Below, in pieces: positions 12,891-25,684 of a stretch of 64,000 bases of DNA. The translations under genes were made by a program, and so were the position numbers. The notes under the pieces are model-generated. The model was not told the origin of the DNA and did not search any database. It saw only the letters and a program-made list of their open reading frames with translations. The first letter of the stretch is position 1; each line of letters begins with the position of its first letter. Source of the DNA: an uncultured virus (IMG/VR IMGVR_UViG_3300026488_000245) (taxonomy: Duplodnaviria > Heunggongvirae > Uroviricota > Caudoviricetes); IMG/VR virus record IMGVR_UViG_3300026488_000245, one strand, 5' to 3'.

Positions 12891-13479
12891 ATTTATTTAA
12901 ATCTTCCTTTTTTATATAATTTCAATTAATTATTTTTCATTTTCTTTTTTCTAATTCTGTTAATACATTATTTAATATCTAATCAAAAGGTTCCATATAT
13001 CTATCAGCTAAATATTTTAATACAAAAAATATTTCTTCTATTATATTTTTAATTTCATCTTTTTTCTCTTTTAAATCACATTTTAAAATAATTTCACTTA
13101 ATCTTCATAAATTTTTTCACATTAAAATTTCTTTGTCTATAAATATCAATTTATCAATTTCTTTTTTTCAATCAAGTAAAATATTATAATTTGGCTTTAT
13201 ATTAACTCAATATTGTTCTTTAATAATACTTAATAAATTGATTATTGCTACCACTATATCTCATAAACTATCTAAAACTATATTGTTATTCTTAGTTATA
13301 ACTCAATTACAATATTCTCAATATTCTTCTATTACTTTTAAAACTTGTGCTTTTATATCTCATTTTTTAGGAATATCTCTTTCATATCACCGTTTAACAA
13401 ATTTTTCAATTATTTTTTTTAAACTATTCCTTTTTCCTTTTTCTTTTTCTACTTTAGAAGCTCTTTTTTTTCTTGTCAT
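12889..13479 (-). CDS. MazG-like (phage-type) nucleotide pyrophosphohydrolase
   Basis: VK(CGG=W)GYERDI...AQVLKVIEEYGE...LDSLGDIVV and C-terminal ELEKRKGKIINGNYIKKEDL. Confidence 0.75.
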
Positions 13480-13532
13480 TTAATAAATACTTAAATGATA
13501 AAATTGTTTTTAAATAATTCAATTAAATATTT

Positions 13533-14156
13533 TAACTGAATTTTTTTATTTTCTTCGCTTAAATCAAATTCTTTAGTATTATATTCAAATATTTCTAATA
13601 TATTTGAAATATCAGGAATAATTTCATAGTTTAATTTATTAATTATATTCGAATAATGAATTTTTACATTTTTATTAAATTTTTTTCATCATAAAATTAA
13701 TATTTTATCAATAATATTTTCTAAAAGATTAATATCTTTTTCTCATCACAATATACAACTTCTTATATTATTATCATTAATAGTTACGTTATTTTTATTT
13801 CTAAAAACATTTAGACTTTCTATTTTGTTTTTAAATATAAAAATTTCTCAATTATTTTCAAATAAATTCACTTTTTCTATTTTAGAATCAATAATTTTAA
13901 CTTCTTTAAATTCACTATTTACTAAATCAAATTCATCAATATTTAAATTTTTAAGCATAATTGTTATTTTTTCATTTTTTCAATTAATCTCTATTTTTCA
14001 TCATTTTGCTAATATAATTTCATAGAGATTTTCATCTTCCATTTCACTTCATTCATCTACTTTTCAATTTAATACTAATGTAAATTCTTTATTAGAATCT
14101 ATATCTATTTCTTTTCAATCTATTAATACATGATTTTGATTAAATTCAATTTTCAT
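13533..14156 (-). CDS. Hypothetical protein
   Basis: Open frame from ATG to TAA under the recoded table. Confidence 0.65.
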
Positions 14157-14175
14157 TTTCTTTTTAGATAAAAAT

Positions 14176-14907
14176 TTAAAATATAATATGTTTAAATATT
14201 AAATTGTCAATATGCTGATATAAATTAATTATTTCTTTTAAATCATAATTTTCTATATTTCTCACTTTATAAATAAAAGAAATAGTTCAATCATCATTAA
14301 ACTTAAGCAGAAATGGTACTTGATAAGCTACATATTCATCATCACTTAAAAAACTTTTATAGTATTTTCTAATTAAAAAATCTATACTACATAAAGAATT
14401 AACAAATTTTTTTTCTTCAGTATTTAAAAAATTAAAATACAATTCTTTATTTAAACAAAGATTTTTAATTTTATTTTTTAATTCTTTAGTCTTTATATAT
14501 AAATCAATATATTTATAAGGTTTTAATAATAAAGTTTTTTGAATATTGTAATGAACTAATTCATGATATAACGCTTCTTTATCAAAATTTTTCTTTAATA
14601 TTATTAATCATCAAAAGTTTGTATAACTATATTCTCTTTCTCATCAACAAATAGAAACATAAGTTGGATAGTTTTTAAAATAATATCTATAATTTTTATC
14701 TATTTCATCTATTTCAACTATTTTACAATTTTTTATATCATCTTTTATTTTTATATTAGAATTAGTTTTTACTAATTCTATTGATTTTGTTATTAAAAAA
14801 CTTCATATATAAGTTTGCTGAAAATAAAATAAAACAACATTTATTAAAAAAAATAAAATAATAACTTTAATTATCTAGAGAAAAGAAGATAAAATTATTT
14901 TTTTCAT
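14176..14907 (-). CDS. Putative membrane-anchored HExxH zinc metallopeptidase
   Basis: N-terminal TM segment; KEALYHELVHY motif. Confidence 0.6.
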
Positions 14908-14978
14908 TAAAAAAATTTTACTTTTAAAATTTATTATTTATAATATAGAAAAATTTTATTTATTTAAACAAAAATCAT

Positions 14979-16433
14979 ATGAAAAAAATAAAAAGAATAT
15001 TAATATTATTTTTTTTATTTAGTTGAGTTTTATTAACTTCTTGGTGATTTTTCAATATTGAAGCTAAAAAAGATGATTCAGAAAGAATAAAAAAAATTAA
15101 CAAATTATATTTAAAATTATTTAATTACTATTATTATTCAGGAATTGAAAATCAAAGTTATTATGCTTGAATAAAAAGAGAATTAGAAATATTAGAAAAA
15201 AAATATAAAACAATAAATAATTTTTTAAAAAAGTATGAAGACAAAATAGAAGATGAAAAAAAGAAAAAAATTTTAGAATTAATTAAAAAAATAAATAATT
15301 TAGCATATAATAAAGTTAAAAACAAATACGAAAAAAATATAAAAGAAATAGAAGAGAGAAAAATAAGAAATTTAATATCAACTTATTATATATACAAGAA
15401 TAATAATTTCTTTATGAATATATTAAAAAATTATAAAATAAAAAACAAGAAGGAATTAATATATAAAAAATTACAATACAGCTGAGTAAAAATTGATAAA
15501 AGACAATTTAATGATTTCAGATTATTAGAAAGAAGCATTAATTTTTCTTGAATAAAATTAATTATTAAAAATGATGGTTATCAGTTATGAACTTGATTTT
15601 TTCCTTATGTTGTAAAAATTTCTTCGATTGTTTGAATAAGATATTTGAATTGAAGACGTGATTATCATATGTGATGGGATTTAGCATTATCTAACTTACC
15701 AAATGAAATTAATTATAATTGTAAAATATTAAGAAATGCAAAACTAAAAAGAAAATATAAAAATTTTATCACTCTTTCAAATTTTAAGAAAGAATACTGT
15801 AATAAAAATAATAATATTAAAGATTTAATTAAGAATTATAAAAATATTTACAATATTTATATTAAATTAGATAAAAATTTTTGAGAGAATTTTGATTGTT
15901 ATATATGAAAAAATAGAAGTATATATAATCAAAAAAGATATGTATGATTTTGATTATTTTTAATGTGTATTTCAAAAGATAAAACTTATGGTTTTATAAT
16001 GTGACATAATGATATAAATAATTTTTATCTTCTTTCTAAGCAATGAATATTAGAAAAAATTAATAATGAATTTGAAAGGTTTAAACTAAGTCTATATACT
16101 TCTTACTTTTATGAAAGAAATTGGTATTGATTCAATTCTAAATCAGTGGAATGGAAAAATAAATATCAATTATTTTGATATTGAAAAGTAAATATGAATA
16201 ATGAATTTTATAAAATAAATTTTAATAAAATTAAAAATTCAATATTAATAAAATATGGTAATTCTTGATTCAGTTTTTGAAAGCATATACATTTTGGTAT
16301 ATTATTAATTGATTGAGATATTGTAAAATTGTTAGATAGTAATTATATATTTGAAAAAACAGTTAAAAAATTGTTTAATAATAATAGAATAAGTTTATCT
16401 AATAATTATTATTTCTTTTTCTCAAACAAATAA
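14979..16433 (+). CDS. Secreted M23-family metallopeptidase (expanded)
   Basis: Signal peptide; GIRYLNGRRDYHMGWDL (HxxxD), MGHND, GNSGFSFGKHIHFG (HxH). Confidence 0.75.
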
Positions 16434-16439
16434 ATATTT

Positions 16440-17207
16440 TTAACCAAGTCTATCTAATTTTTTATAAATTTGATCCTAAAATATATATATTCATTCATCA
16501 TCTAAAACATATTTCTCTTTCTCAAATATTCTTAATATATTAATTACTTTTCATGCAATTAAACTACCTAAAAAGAATGCTGATTTATTTCAGCATAATC
16601 AATCAGATACATTCTTTTCATTAATGCTTTTCTAAAAATTTATTATTTGTTTATATATATTTTCAGAATTTTTATTACTCTTTATTTTACTTCAATCTTT
16701 TATATACTAATATTCTATTATATAAGAGTCTCAATCTGCTCATATAATAAATAAGTATGTATCTTTAATTTTATTAATATTTTTTAAAAATAACCTTGCA
16801 ATTTCTTTTTTTGATTTTAAATTATCAGTAGTAATAAAAAATATTTCTTGTTTAATTAAACTCTGTTTATCAAATATTTCTTTTATGTATTTTTCTCATT
16901 GTGTATTAGAAATTCAAATGTATTCATTCAAATTTAAACCCTCTATTTCTTCTCTTAATATTTTAGATAACGCTAATGTTTTAGGAAATCATAAATATTT
17001 AGCTTTATAAATTTGATTTAATAAATTTTTTTGTTCTACTTTATCAAAATCAACTAAATATAAATTGCTGAATCAAGTTTTTATTAAGTTAAATGCTAAA
17101 TTACTTCATATGAATCATAATCATATTATATGAACATTCTATTTTAAGAATTTATCGTCAAACATTAAAGCTTGGTTTTTAAAAAGTTCGTCTTTATTTA
17201 TTTTCAT
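16440..17207 (-). CDS. ThiF/MoeB/E1-like adenylyltransferase
   Basis: VHIIGLGFIGSNLAFNLIKTG...LVDFDKVEQKNLLNQ...PKTLAL. Confidence 0.85.
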
Positions 17208-17331
17208 TTATACAAAAATTAAAAAAAATAAATATATTTTTATTATAAAAAAGTTTTACTTTTTTTGTATTTTGTTTATAATTTAATTACTGTTAAAAAT
17301 ATTTTTTTATTTTTTTTAAAAATAAAGTATA

Positions 17332-18093
17332 ATGAAAAAAAGAAAATCATATACAAAAGAGTTTTTTGAATTAGTAAAATTACTTTTTTTAGTATATATC
17401 AAAGAAAAAAGAAAGTTTAAAAAAGAAGAATTTAAAAAATTTTCAGCTTTGTTTTATAAAAATTTTAAAAGATTTATCTATAAGAATGCAAAAAATTATT
17501 ATTCGCTAAAAAATAATTTAGAAATTAATATAAATGACTTTGTAAACGAAATAGTTGTTGAATTTTTAAGAAGATTTAATGAAAGACCAAAGAAATCATG
17601 AAAAAATTCAAATGAATTTAAAATAGTTAAAAAAATAAAAAAGATTTTTGAAAAATATAATGTAAAAGATGAAAAAGATTTAGATAATGATGAATTAATA
17701 AAAGAAATTGAAAAAGTTATCGTGAGTGAGATTATTTCGCTGAAGCATGCAACGTGGGAAACGCAAATGAGTATACATTTAAATATGAGTTTAAAAGAAT
17801 ATAGAAAATTCAAAGAAGAAGTAAGAAGTGATGAAAAAGATACTACAAGATGAACTGAATTATTAAACAATGACCTATACATAAAATTTAATAATGATAT
17901 GCTAGAGAAATTAGAACTTGAATATAAATTAAGAAATTTAATAGATAATAATAAAATAAACGGAAAAGAAAAGAAAATATTTGAAAAGTTATTAGATAAA
18001 CTTCTTTTATGAATAGACGAATTCGTTGATTTTATATATAATTCATTAACGAAAACTGAAAAGAAAATAATTTGAAAATATTTATTTGAATAA
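17332..18093 (+). CDS. Hypothetical protein, possibly a divergent sigma-70-family factor
   Basis: 253 aa; FKRFIYKNAKNYY...ININDFVNEIVVEFL loosely resembles sigma region 2. The ORF is solid; the function is a guess. Confidence 0.35.
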
Positions 18094-18154
18094 TTTTAAT
18101 TTTTTAATTTTTCCAATAAAATATAATTTTCAATATACAATTCATTCAATATTT

Positions 18155-19342
18155 TTAATAAGAAATTTTTTCTAAAAATTCTTTTAATTTGTTTCATACA
18201 AAAATTTTATCTTTAACTAATTTTTTTCAATAGTCTATAATCAAATTTTTATTTTTTTCTATTTTTTTATTAACTTTTTCTTCTAATTCTGAAATCATAA
18301 TTTTACTGAATTCTTTTAAATCATTTTTAATTGAATCAACATTTAATATATTTCAAATATTGTTAGGATTTATAACTATTCATAATTTTAATTTTTTTCA
18401 GTCTTTGGTTATATATTCAAGGTTATTTAAAAAGAAAGAGACTGCTAAATTGGTTGCTCTTTCATAATCATTAAATGCTCAAGTAGATATATCTCATAAT
18501 ATTATTTTTTCAGCAGCTCTTCATCATAATAATTCTTCTATTTCTTTAATATAGTCATTTTTTGTTCTTAATAATTTATCGTCATCTTCTGCATTAATAG
18601 AAAAAGTTTGTCATAAACTCATATTTTTTCATCATATAGCTACTTTTAATATTTCTTTTCAATTAATATATCAAATAACTGCATGTCCTAATTCATGAAT
18701 TGCAATCCTGTATAAAGTTTCTTCATTTAATTTCAATTCTTTTTCTTTTCATAAAATAAATTCTTCAATACTATCAAAATAATCATTAAAATTAAAATCT
18801 TCAAGAATTAAATAATAATTTAAAATCATTTCTTTTATTTTTTCTTCTGAAACTTCATATTCAATAATTTCATTAATTTGTTTTATAACTAAGTTTTTTG
18901 TAACTTTTTTATATATTTCATTTATATCATTTATAATTTTATTTTTATCTTTTAATTCTTTATTTAATTTTCTTTTAATTAAAATTTTAGTAATATTTTT
19001 TATATCTCTTCATGAAAATCAATCAGTTAAATGTGCTATTTTTTTAAATACATCTCAATAATTATTTAGAATTATGTATTTAATAATATTTTTTCAAATA
19101 TCTATATTTAACTTTAATTGAATTTTTGTAATTTGATAAATCATAAATTTATCCCTATTTAAATATCATTTATATTTATTTCATAATCTTAATTCATTGT
19201 TTATAAATTCTGAATATATTTTAAATAATTTATATAAAATCAAATGGTAAATTAATTCTTTTTTATCTATTTTAATTTTATTTATGTTATTATCAAATTT
19301 ATTAAATACATTATTTATTTTTTTTATTTTTATTTTTTTCAT
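18155..19342 (-). CDS. ftsH: FtsH C-terminal part: AAA lid plus M41 zinc protease
   Basis: IAHLTDGFSGRDIKN, RIAIHELGHA (HExxH), LLGGRAAEKII, STGAFNDYERATNLA. Confidence 0.85.
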
Positions 19343-19343
19343 A

Positions 19344-20882
19344 TTAAAAGTTTAATAAATTAAAAATAAATTGATTTAATAGTATTTCTTCTCTTTCTTC
19401 TCTGTTAGGTAGTCAAACATATATTTTATAATCAAATCTAGATAATAAAGCATCATCTAAAGTTTCATATCTATTTGTAGCTCATATAACAATAAATTTT
19501 TTGTTTTTAAATCAGTCAATTTCTGTTAATAAAGTATTTAACCCTTCAGCAGTTGCTTCGTGCGATTTAACTCTTTTTATTCAAATAGAATCTAATTCAT
19601 CGATAAAAATAATTCAAGTTTGAAATCATAATCTATTTATATCTTTTTGTATATTTCTAAAAACCTCTCTTATTTTTTTTCAAGTGCCTCAATAATACAT
19701 TGACTTAAAATTATTAGAAGAAATATAATAGAAAGGTAAATTTAATTCTTTAGCAATTTTCTTTCAAAATAAAGTTTTTCATGTTCATGGTGGTCAATAT
19801 AATAATATTCAATCAAAAAACTTATTTAATACTCATTTTTTGTACAAAGTTTTTATTTCATTTAGTATTTCTAATAAATGCTTGTTGCCTCAATAATCAA
19901 CAATCTCATCGTCATATTCTTTTCTTCATGGGATATATTTAATCAATCAAGTATCTTTTATATCTGTTATTCATAAAGTCAATGCAAACTTAAGAAAATA
20001 AAAAAATATTCAAATCATTAAAAGATTAAAAATAATTTTTAATATATTAGAAAACGAATAAGGTTTATAAACTAATGAATTATAATTAACTAATAAATTA
20101 ATTAAATCAATTCAAATAAATTTTAGTACATTTCATAATTCTTTATAATATTCAATTTTAAATCAAGAAAAATTATTTATTTTATTTCATAAACTATCAT
20201 TATTTAATAAATAAATGTTAATTTTTCAATTTTTTATTTTTAAATAAAAATTTTTTAAATTATCAAAATCTTTTTTCAATTCTTCTTTTTCTTTTTTATT
20301 AAATTTTATTATAAGAACATTCTTCAAATCACTTAATTTTTTATTAATATTCTTATATGAATTTAATATTTTTTCAATATTTATATTTTCTTTTTTTAAT
20401 TCATTCTGGTTAAAAGAAAAATATCTTATTAAAAATTTTTTTTGGTAAACTCAAATTATAATTTTTCAAGTTTTATATCAATTTTCTTTTAAATAATTAA
20501 TATAACTTGATAAATTATCAAATTTAACAATATTATCTAATTTTTGTATCTTATTTTTTTCATTTTTTTTATCAACAAAATAATCTTTTAAGTTAACTGA
20601 AGGAGAAAAACTAAGATTTAATAAATATCAAAAAAATAAAAATATAAATCAAATAAGCAAATACAAAGGTTTAAATTTAAAGTGAATAGATTTATTATTT
20701 TCTCAACTAAATAATTTTTTCTAAAAATCAGATGCAAGTCATTTCAAATTTTCATTAAATTTTTTTGATATATATATTTTAGATAAGTAATATCATATAA
20801 AAAAGAAACCAATACTTAATAAAAATAAAAAAAGTTTTATAAAATATATAATTATTAATTCATTCAAAATTTTTTCTATCAT
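19344..20882 (-). CDS. ftsH: FtsH N-terminal part: TM segments plus AAA ATPase core
   Basis: ILLYGPPGTGKTL, IFIDELDSIG, LNTLLTEIDGF, GATNR..LDDALLSRFD; ends at TAA 1 nt before the next ATG. Confidence 0.85.
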
Positions 20883-21074
20883 CAACTTTTAATTAAAATA
20901 AATAAATTTTTATTAAAAATTAATATAGATAAAAATTAATTTTTATTTATTTTTTATAAAAAATATTAATAAAGATTTATAAAAACAGCAAAATGTTTAA
21001 TTTAAAACAAAAAAATAAAAATACAATTTTTAAATAATAATTTGATTTTAAACTTACAAAAAATAAAGTGACAT

Positions 21075-22415
21075 TTATTCTTTAATTACATAGTATTGTA
21101 TTAATTTCTATTTTTTTCATAAATTCTTTAAAATAAAATTTTTTAATTTATTATCGCTAGTCTTTTCTATATCTATATAAAAAACAACTAATCAATTTGT
21201 TTCATCTAATCAATAATAATAATCATTATAAGTTCATTTATGTAAATTTTTAATATGTTCTTCTAATAACTTTTCTAATTTCTAATATATAGAATTCTTA
21301 TTTTCATTTTTTAAATCAACGATTTTTTCTATATGATAGAATTTTGCTTGTTGTTTTAATATTTTTTTATAATCTATTCAACTATAATTCTATTCATATC
21401 ATATACTTATCATTTCTCAACAATTTTCATCAAATTTATCTATTTTTCAGTCATTATCATTATCTATTCAATCATTGCAGTTATTTTCTCAAATGTTATT
21501 GAATCAATGATGTAATAATATAAAATTTCAATCTTCGTCTTTTATTTGTTTTAATTCTATACTCGTTTTAAAATTATAAAACTTAGCCCAAAAATCATTT
21601 ATTTTATTTTTATTAACAATAATAACTGGAAAACTATTTATTCAATAATTTTTTAAAAATGATAATAAATTATTTCAAGATAAAACTTTTATATTAAAAT
21701 TTTTTTCTAATATCTGAATTAAATATTTATAATTAATTAAATAACTCAATTTAAAAGGATCTTTTCAATCCTAGCAAAATTCAGAATAATTACAATATTC
21801 TTTTGAAGGAATTATCACAACTAAATCTTCATTTTTTCTAAAAAATTTATTTAATTTATTTTTTAATGCATAATCTATTTTTCAACTTAAAAAAACTTTT
21901 TTTAAATGATTTTTTGATAATCATAATCACATTATTTTTTTGTTAGAAAAAAGATGAAAAGGAAAAACTAATTTTAAATTATAATTATCTCAAAATAAAT
22001 GTTTTAATACAACAATATCAGTTGTAAAATAAGGTTTTCTTATAATGATTTTATTTTTTTCTATTTCTTTTGATATTTCAACAATTTTTCTTTTAATATT
22101 TTTTTTTATATTTTCTTTATCTTCATTTATATTTTTTTTATTTATCGTAACAAGATTATAAGTTGGTTTATCAACTATTATAAATTTTATTTTACATAAA
22201 AGAACTAATAAAAGAATTAAAAAAAATATTATTAGATATTTTTTTTTCTTTTTTTCGTCTTCATATGAAATAATATAACTATATGCTAAAGATAATAATC
22301 ATAAAATTACAATTCAAAAAACATTGTATAGTAATACAAAGAAAAAAAATAAAAATATTAAAATGATTATAATCAAAAAATCTTTAAATATATTCTTAAA
22401 AATATCTTTTCGCAT
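21075..22415 (-). CDS. Membrane-anchored protein with a Cys/Asp-rich putative calcium-binding motif
   Basis: N-terminal TM segments; CNDGIDNDNDGKIDKFDENC. Confidence 0.6.
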
Positions 22416-22434
22416 TTTTAAAAATTATTAAAAA

Positions 22435-23088
22435 TTAAATTGGAATTTCTTTTTTATCAACATAGATATATATTCAAATGATAAAGAATGGGACTATTAA
22501 AAATAATAACTAGTAAATTCATACTTTAAATATTTTCTCATATATATATTTTTCTGTAACTTCGTTATAATTTTTTATTTCAAACTTTGCATTTGAAAAA
22601 TTTCATGCTGCTGCTATAAAAAATTCATCTTCTTTAAAAAAAGAAGGATATTCATTATCAAATATATCTAAATTTTTTACTAATTTTTTATTGTTAAAAA
22701 TAATTATATAACTAGGAATTCTCAATAAATCTAATACTCAATTTTCTAAATTTAATTTAATTTTTACTACTTTTATTATTTTGTTTTTTTCTTTTTTACA
22801 TACTAACAAAACACTATTTACTAATTCAAATTTAAAATTGTTTGCGTCTACTACATAATATCACCAATATATTCAATTTTGTCATCAATTTATAGTAAGA
22901 ATTTCTGAAGATAAAAAAGTATGTCAATTTTTTTGAAAATTGATTTTACATTCAATAGGACTATCAGAATAAACATAAAATTTTTTTGTTCTATTATAAC
23001 TATGTGTTCAATATTCTTTTCAAAATCAAACAAAAAAATTAGATATTAAAATTAAAAATATTAAAATCTAGTTTAAAAATTTTTTCAT
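22435..23088 (-). CDS. Hypothetical exported/membrane protein
   Basis: Signal-like N-terminus containing an in-frame TAG; TAA stop. Confidence 0.6.
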
Positions 23089-23130
23089 CTGATATAAAAA
23101 AATCTTTTAAAATTATAATATTATAAAAAA

Positions 23131-24378
23131 TTATTTTATATTCAATATTTCATAACTATTACCTCTTTTATTTTTTTGTTTTGATTTGATTAATTCATTA
23201 TCTATTTTTTCTTTTATCTCTTCTATAGATTTTATATCATTTATAAAACTATAAATAAAAGTAAAAGAAGCATTAAAATTAATATTATTATTTCAATTTA
23301 CTTCTAAACTTCGCGGTATATCAATTTCTTTTCAATCATCAATAATAGAGAACTGTATTTTATTTCATATTACTTCAATTTTATATTTTCATACTTTTAC
23401 AGATTCTATATCTGTATTTCATTCTATTATTTCTTCTAGTTTTTCTAAAACTTTTTTTATTACACAACTTTCATTATTCTTAAATATTCTTTTAATTTTA
23501 TCTATTTTTCATAAATTAATTTTAATTTTAGGAGATTCTAAAAACGAAGATATATTTTCTTTATTTTTAAACAAAACAATAAATTCTTCTCATCAATATC
23601 TTATAGATATATCAAAATACTTGTTAAAATTTTTCATAACATCTATTAAAATTTTATCAGCAAAAAAGTGTCAAAAAATATCATTTATATGTTTAAAAAA
23701 ATCTAAATCAATAATTCAAATATATACTCATTTTTTTACTTCTTTTTCTAATATATTATCAAATAATGATTCATAAAAATTTCTTGAAAAATATAAAGTT
23801 TTATATTTTTCTCAATCTAAAGAAACAGATTTCTCAATTATTCAAAAATCTCATTTTAACATTTGGTCTATTCTATCTGCTAAAGTATTTTTTACTTTTT
23901 TAAAAAATAATAATATTTTTTTCTTTTTATATTCATCTAATTCAAGTTCTTCTACAATTCTATATACCATTTCCATAATTAAATCTCTTAATCTTTTTGA
24001 TAACTCTTTATTAGAATCAACTGCATTAATTTCATTTTTCAAAATATGCAAAATATCTCTTTTTTTAAATTCTTTATTTAATTTTTTTAATATATTTAAA
24101 ATTATACTTATATTTTCTCTTTCTTCTTCGCATTTTAATTCATTTATTATTTTTATATATTTTTCTATGTTTTCAGATTTTAAATTCTTATTATCTTTTA
24201 ATAAAGAATATAATTCATTTTTTATATTGTTTATTTTTTCTTCTTGTGTTATTTTATTTATTTTGTTCAAATTTTTATAAGTTTTTAGTCAAGTGATAAA
24301 AAAGCTTTTTAATAATTTTTTAAATTTTAAATAAACTAGGTCTATCTCTTGTCTTTTTATACTTTCTTTTCTTTCCAT
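23131..24378 (-). CDS. GGDEF-domain diguanylate cyclase
   Basis: IIDLDFFKHINDIFGHFFADKIL...IRYGGEEFIV. Confidence 0.85.
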
Positions 24379-24448
24379 ACAATATTTTTTATGAAATAAA
24401 AAAACTAATATTGGTAAATATTATAAATAGAATTTTAAAAAAGTAAAA

Positions 24449-25597
24449 TTAATATATAGAAATGATATAATTTAATCAGTTTTTATCAAAAAATTTTGTT
24501 CATTTCTTAGATAAATCAAACAGCATATATTCTAGATACAATCATGTACTTGAATTTAAATAAAAATTTAATATTTTATAAGAAAAAGGTAATTTTTTTC
24601 AACCTAAAAGAATATTTTTTTCATAATTATAAATAACTATTTTTAAATTATTACAATCTTTGTCTAACCAATCTGTTTTATTATCAAAATCATTATCTAA
24701 ATTATCATTACATGCATTTTCTTCTCAGTAATTCTATAATCAAATTAATTCAATTTTTATTTTTCATTTTTCTTTTTTAATTAGAATAGGTGTTTGAATA
24801 ATTTCTTTATTTATTTTATATACAAAATTTTGCAAATGACAAAAATATTTTTTTATATTTTCATTCTTTTTTAATAATTTTCTTTTTTTATTAATATCTT
24901 CTAAAAATTTAGTTAAATCAATATTATGAACTCACTATCTTAATTTAATTTTATTTGAACAAACTCATAAATTTTTATTTATTAATTGAGAAAAATCAAT
25001 TTTAGAATACAAATTTTTAAAATTATACTAATATATTTTCTTGCATTCAGTTCATTGTGGTAATAATAAATCTTTATTTTTTTCATAAAAATATCAATAC
25101 TTTATATACTAATTTTTGTCATACAAAATTATACAATATCATTTATTTAATATTTTATTTAAGTAATTGTTTTTATTGTTTTTTAAATAACTTTCAATAT
25201 AATTTATAACACTATTCGTAATATTTATTCTATTATAGAATAATTTTATTACCAATATATTTGTTTTGTTAATAAATTTTACAAAATCTTGAACTTTTTT
25301 GTTATTTCAAGTATAAGAAAAATAATAATGTCATTTAGAAGAAAATATTTTTAATTTATTTAATTCATTTTGTATTTCTTTTTTATCAGAAAAATATTGA
25401 TTTATAATTTTATTTAATTGCTTATTTACTATTTTTTTATATTCTTCATTTGTTATTTCGTTTTGATTAAGTTTTTTATTTGAATGAGTAGTAATATTGG
25501 ATGCTGTTTTTTTTGAATTGCTTATTTTAAATGTATAAAAAAAAATTAATAAAACAATTATAAAAATGAAAAACAATATGATTCTTTTTATCTTCAT
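24449..25597 (-). CDS. Exported protein with a Cys/Asp-rich motif
   Basis: N-terminal TM/signal; ENACNDNLDNDFDNKTDWLDKDC. Confidence 0.6.
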
Positions 25598-25684
25598 TTT
25601 TAAATAATTAAAATTTTAAAAAATACTTTTTTATATTAATTATAAAATAATAAAAATTTTTATTTATTTTTTAATTCTAAAAAA

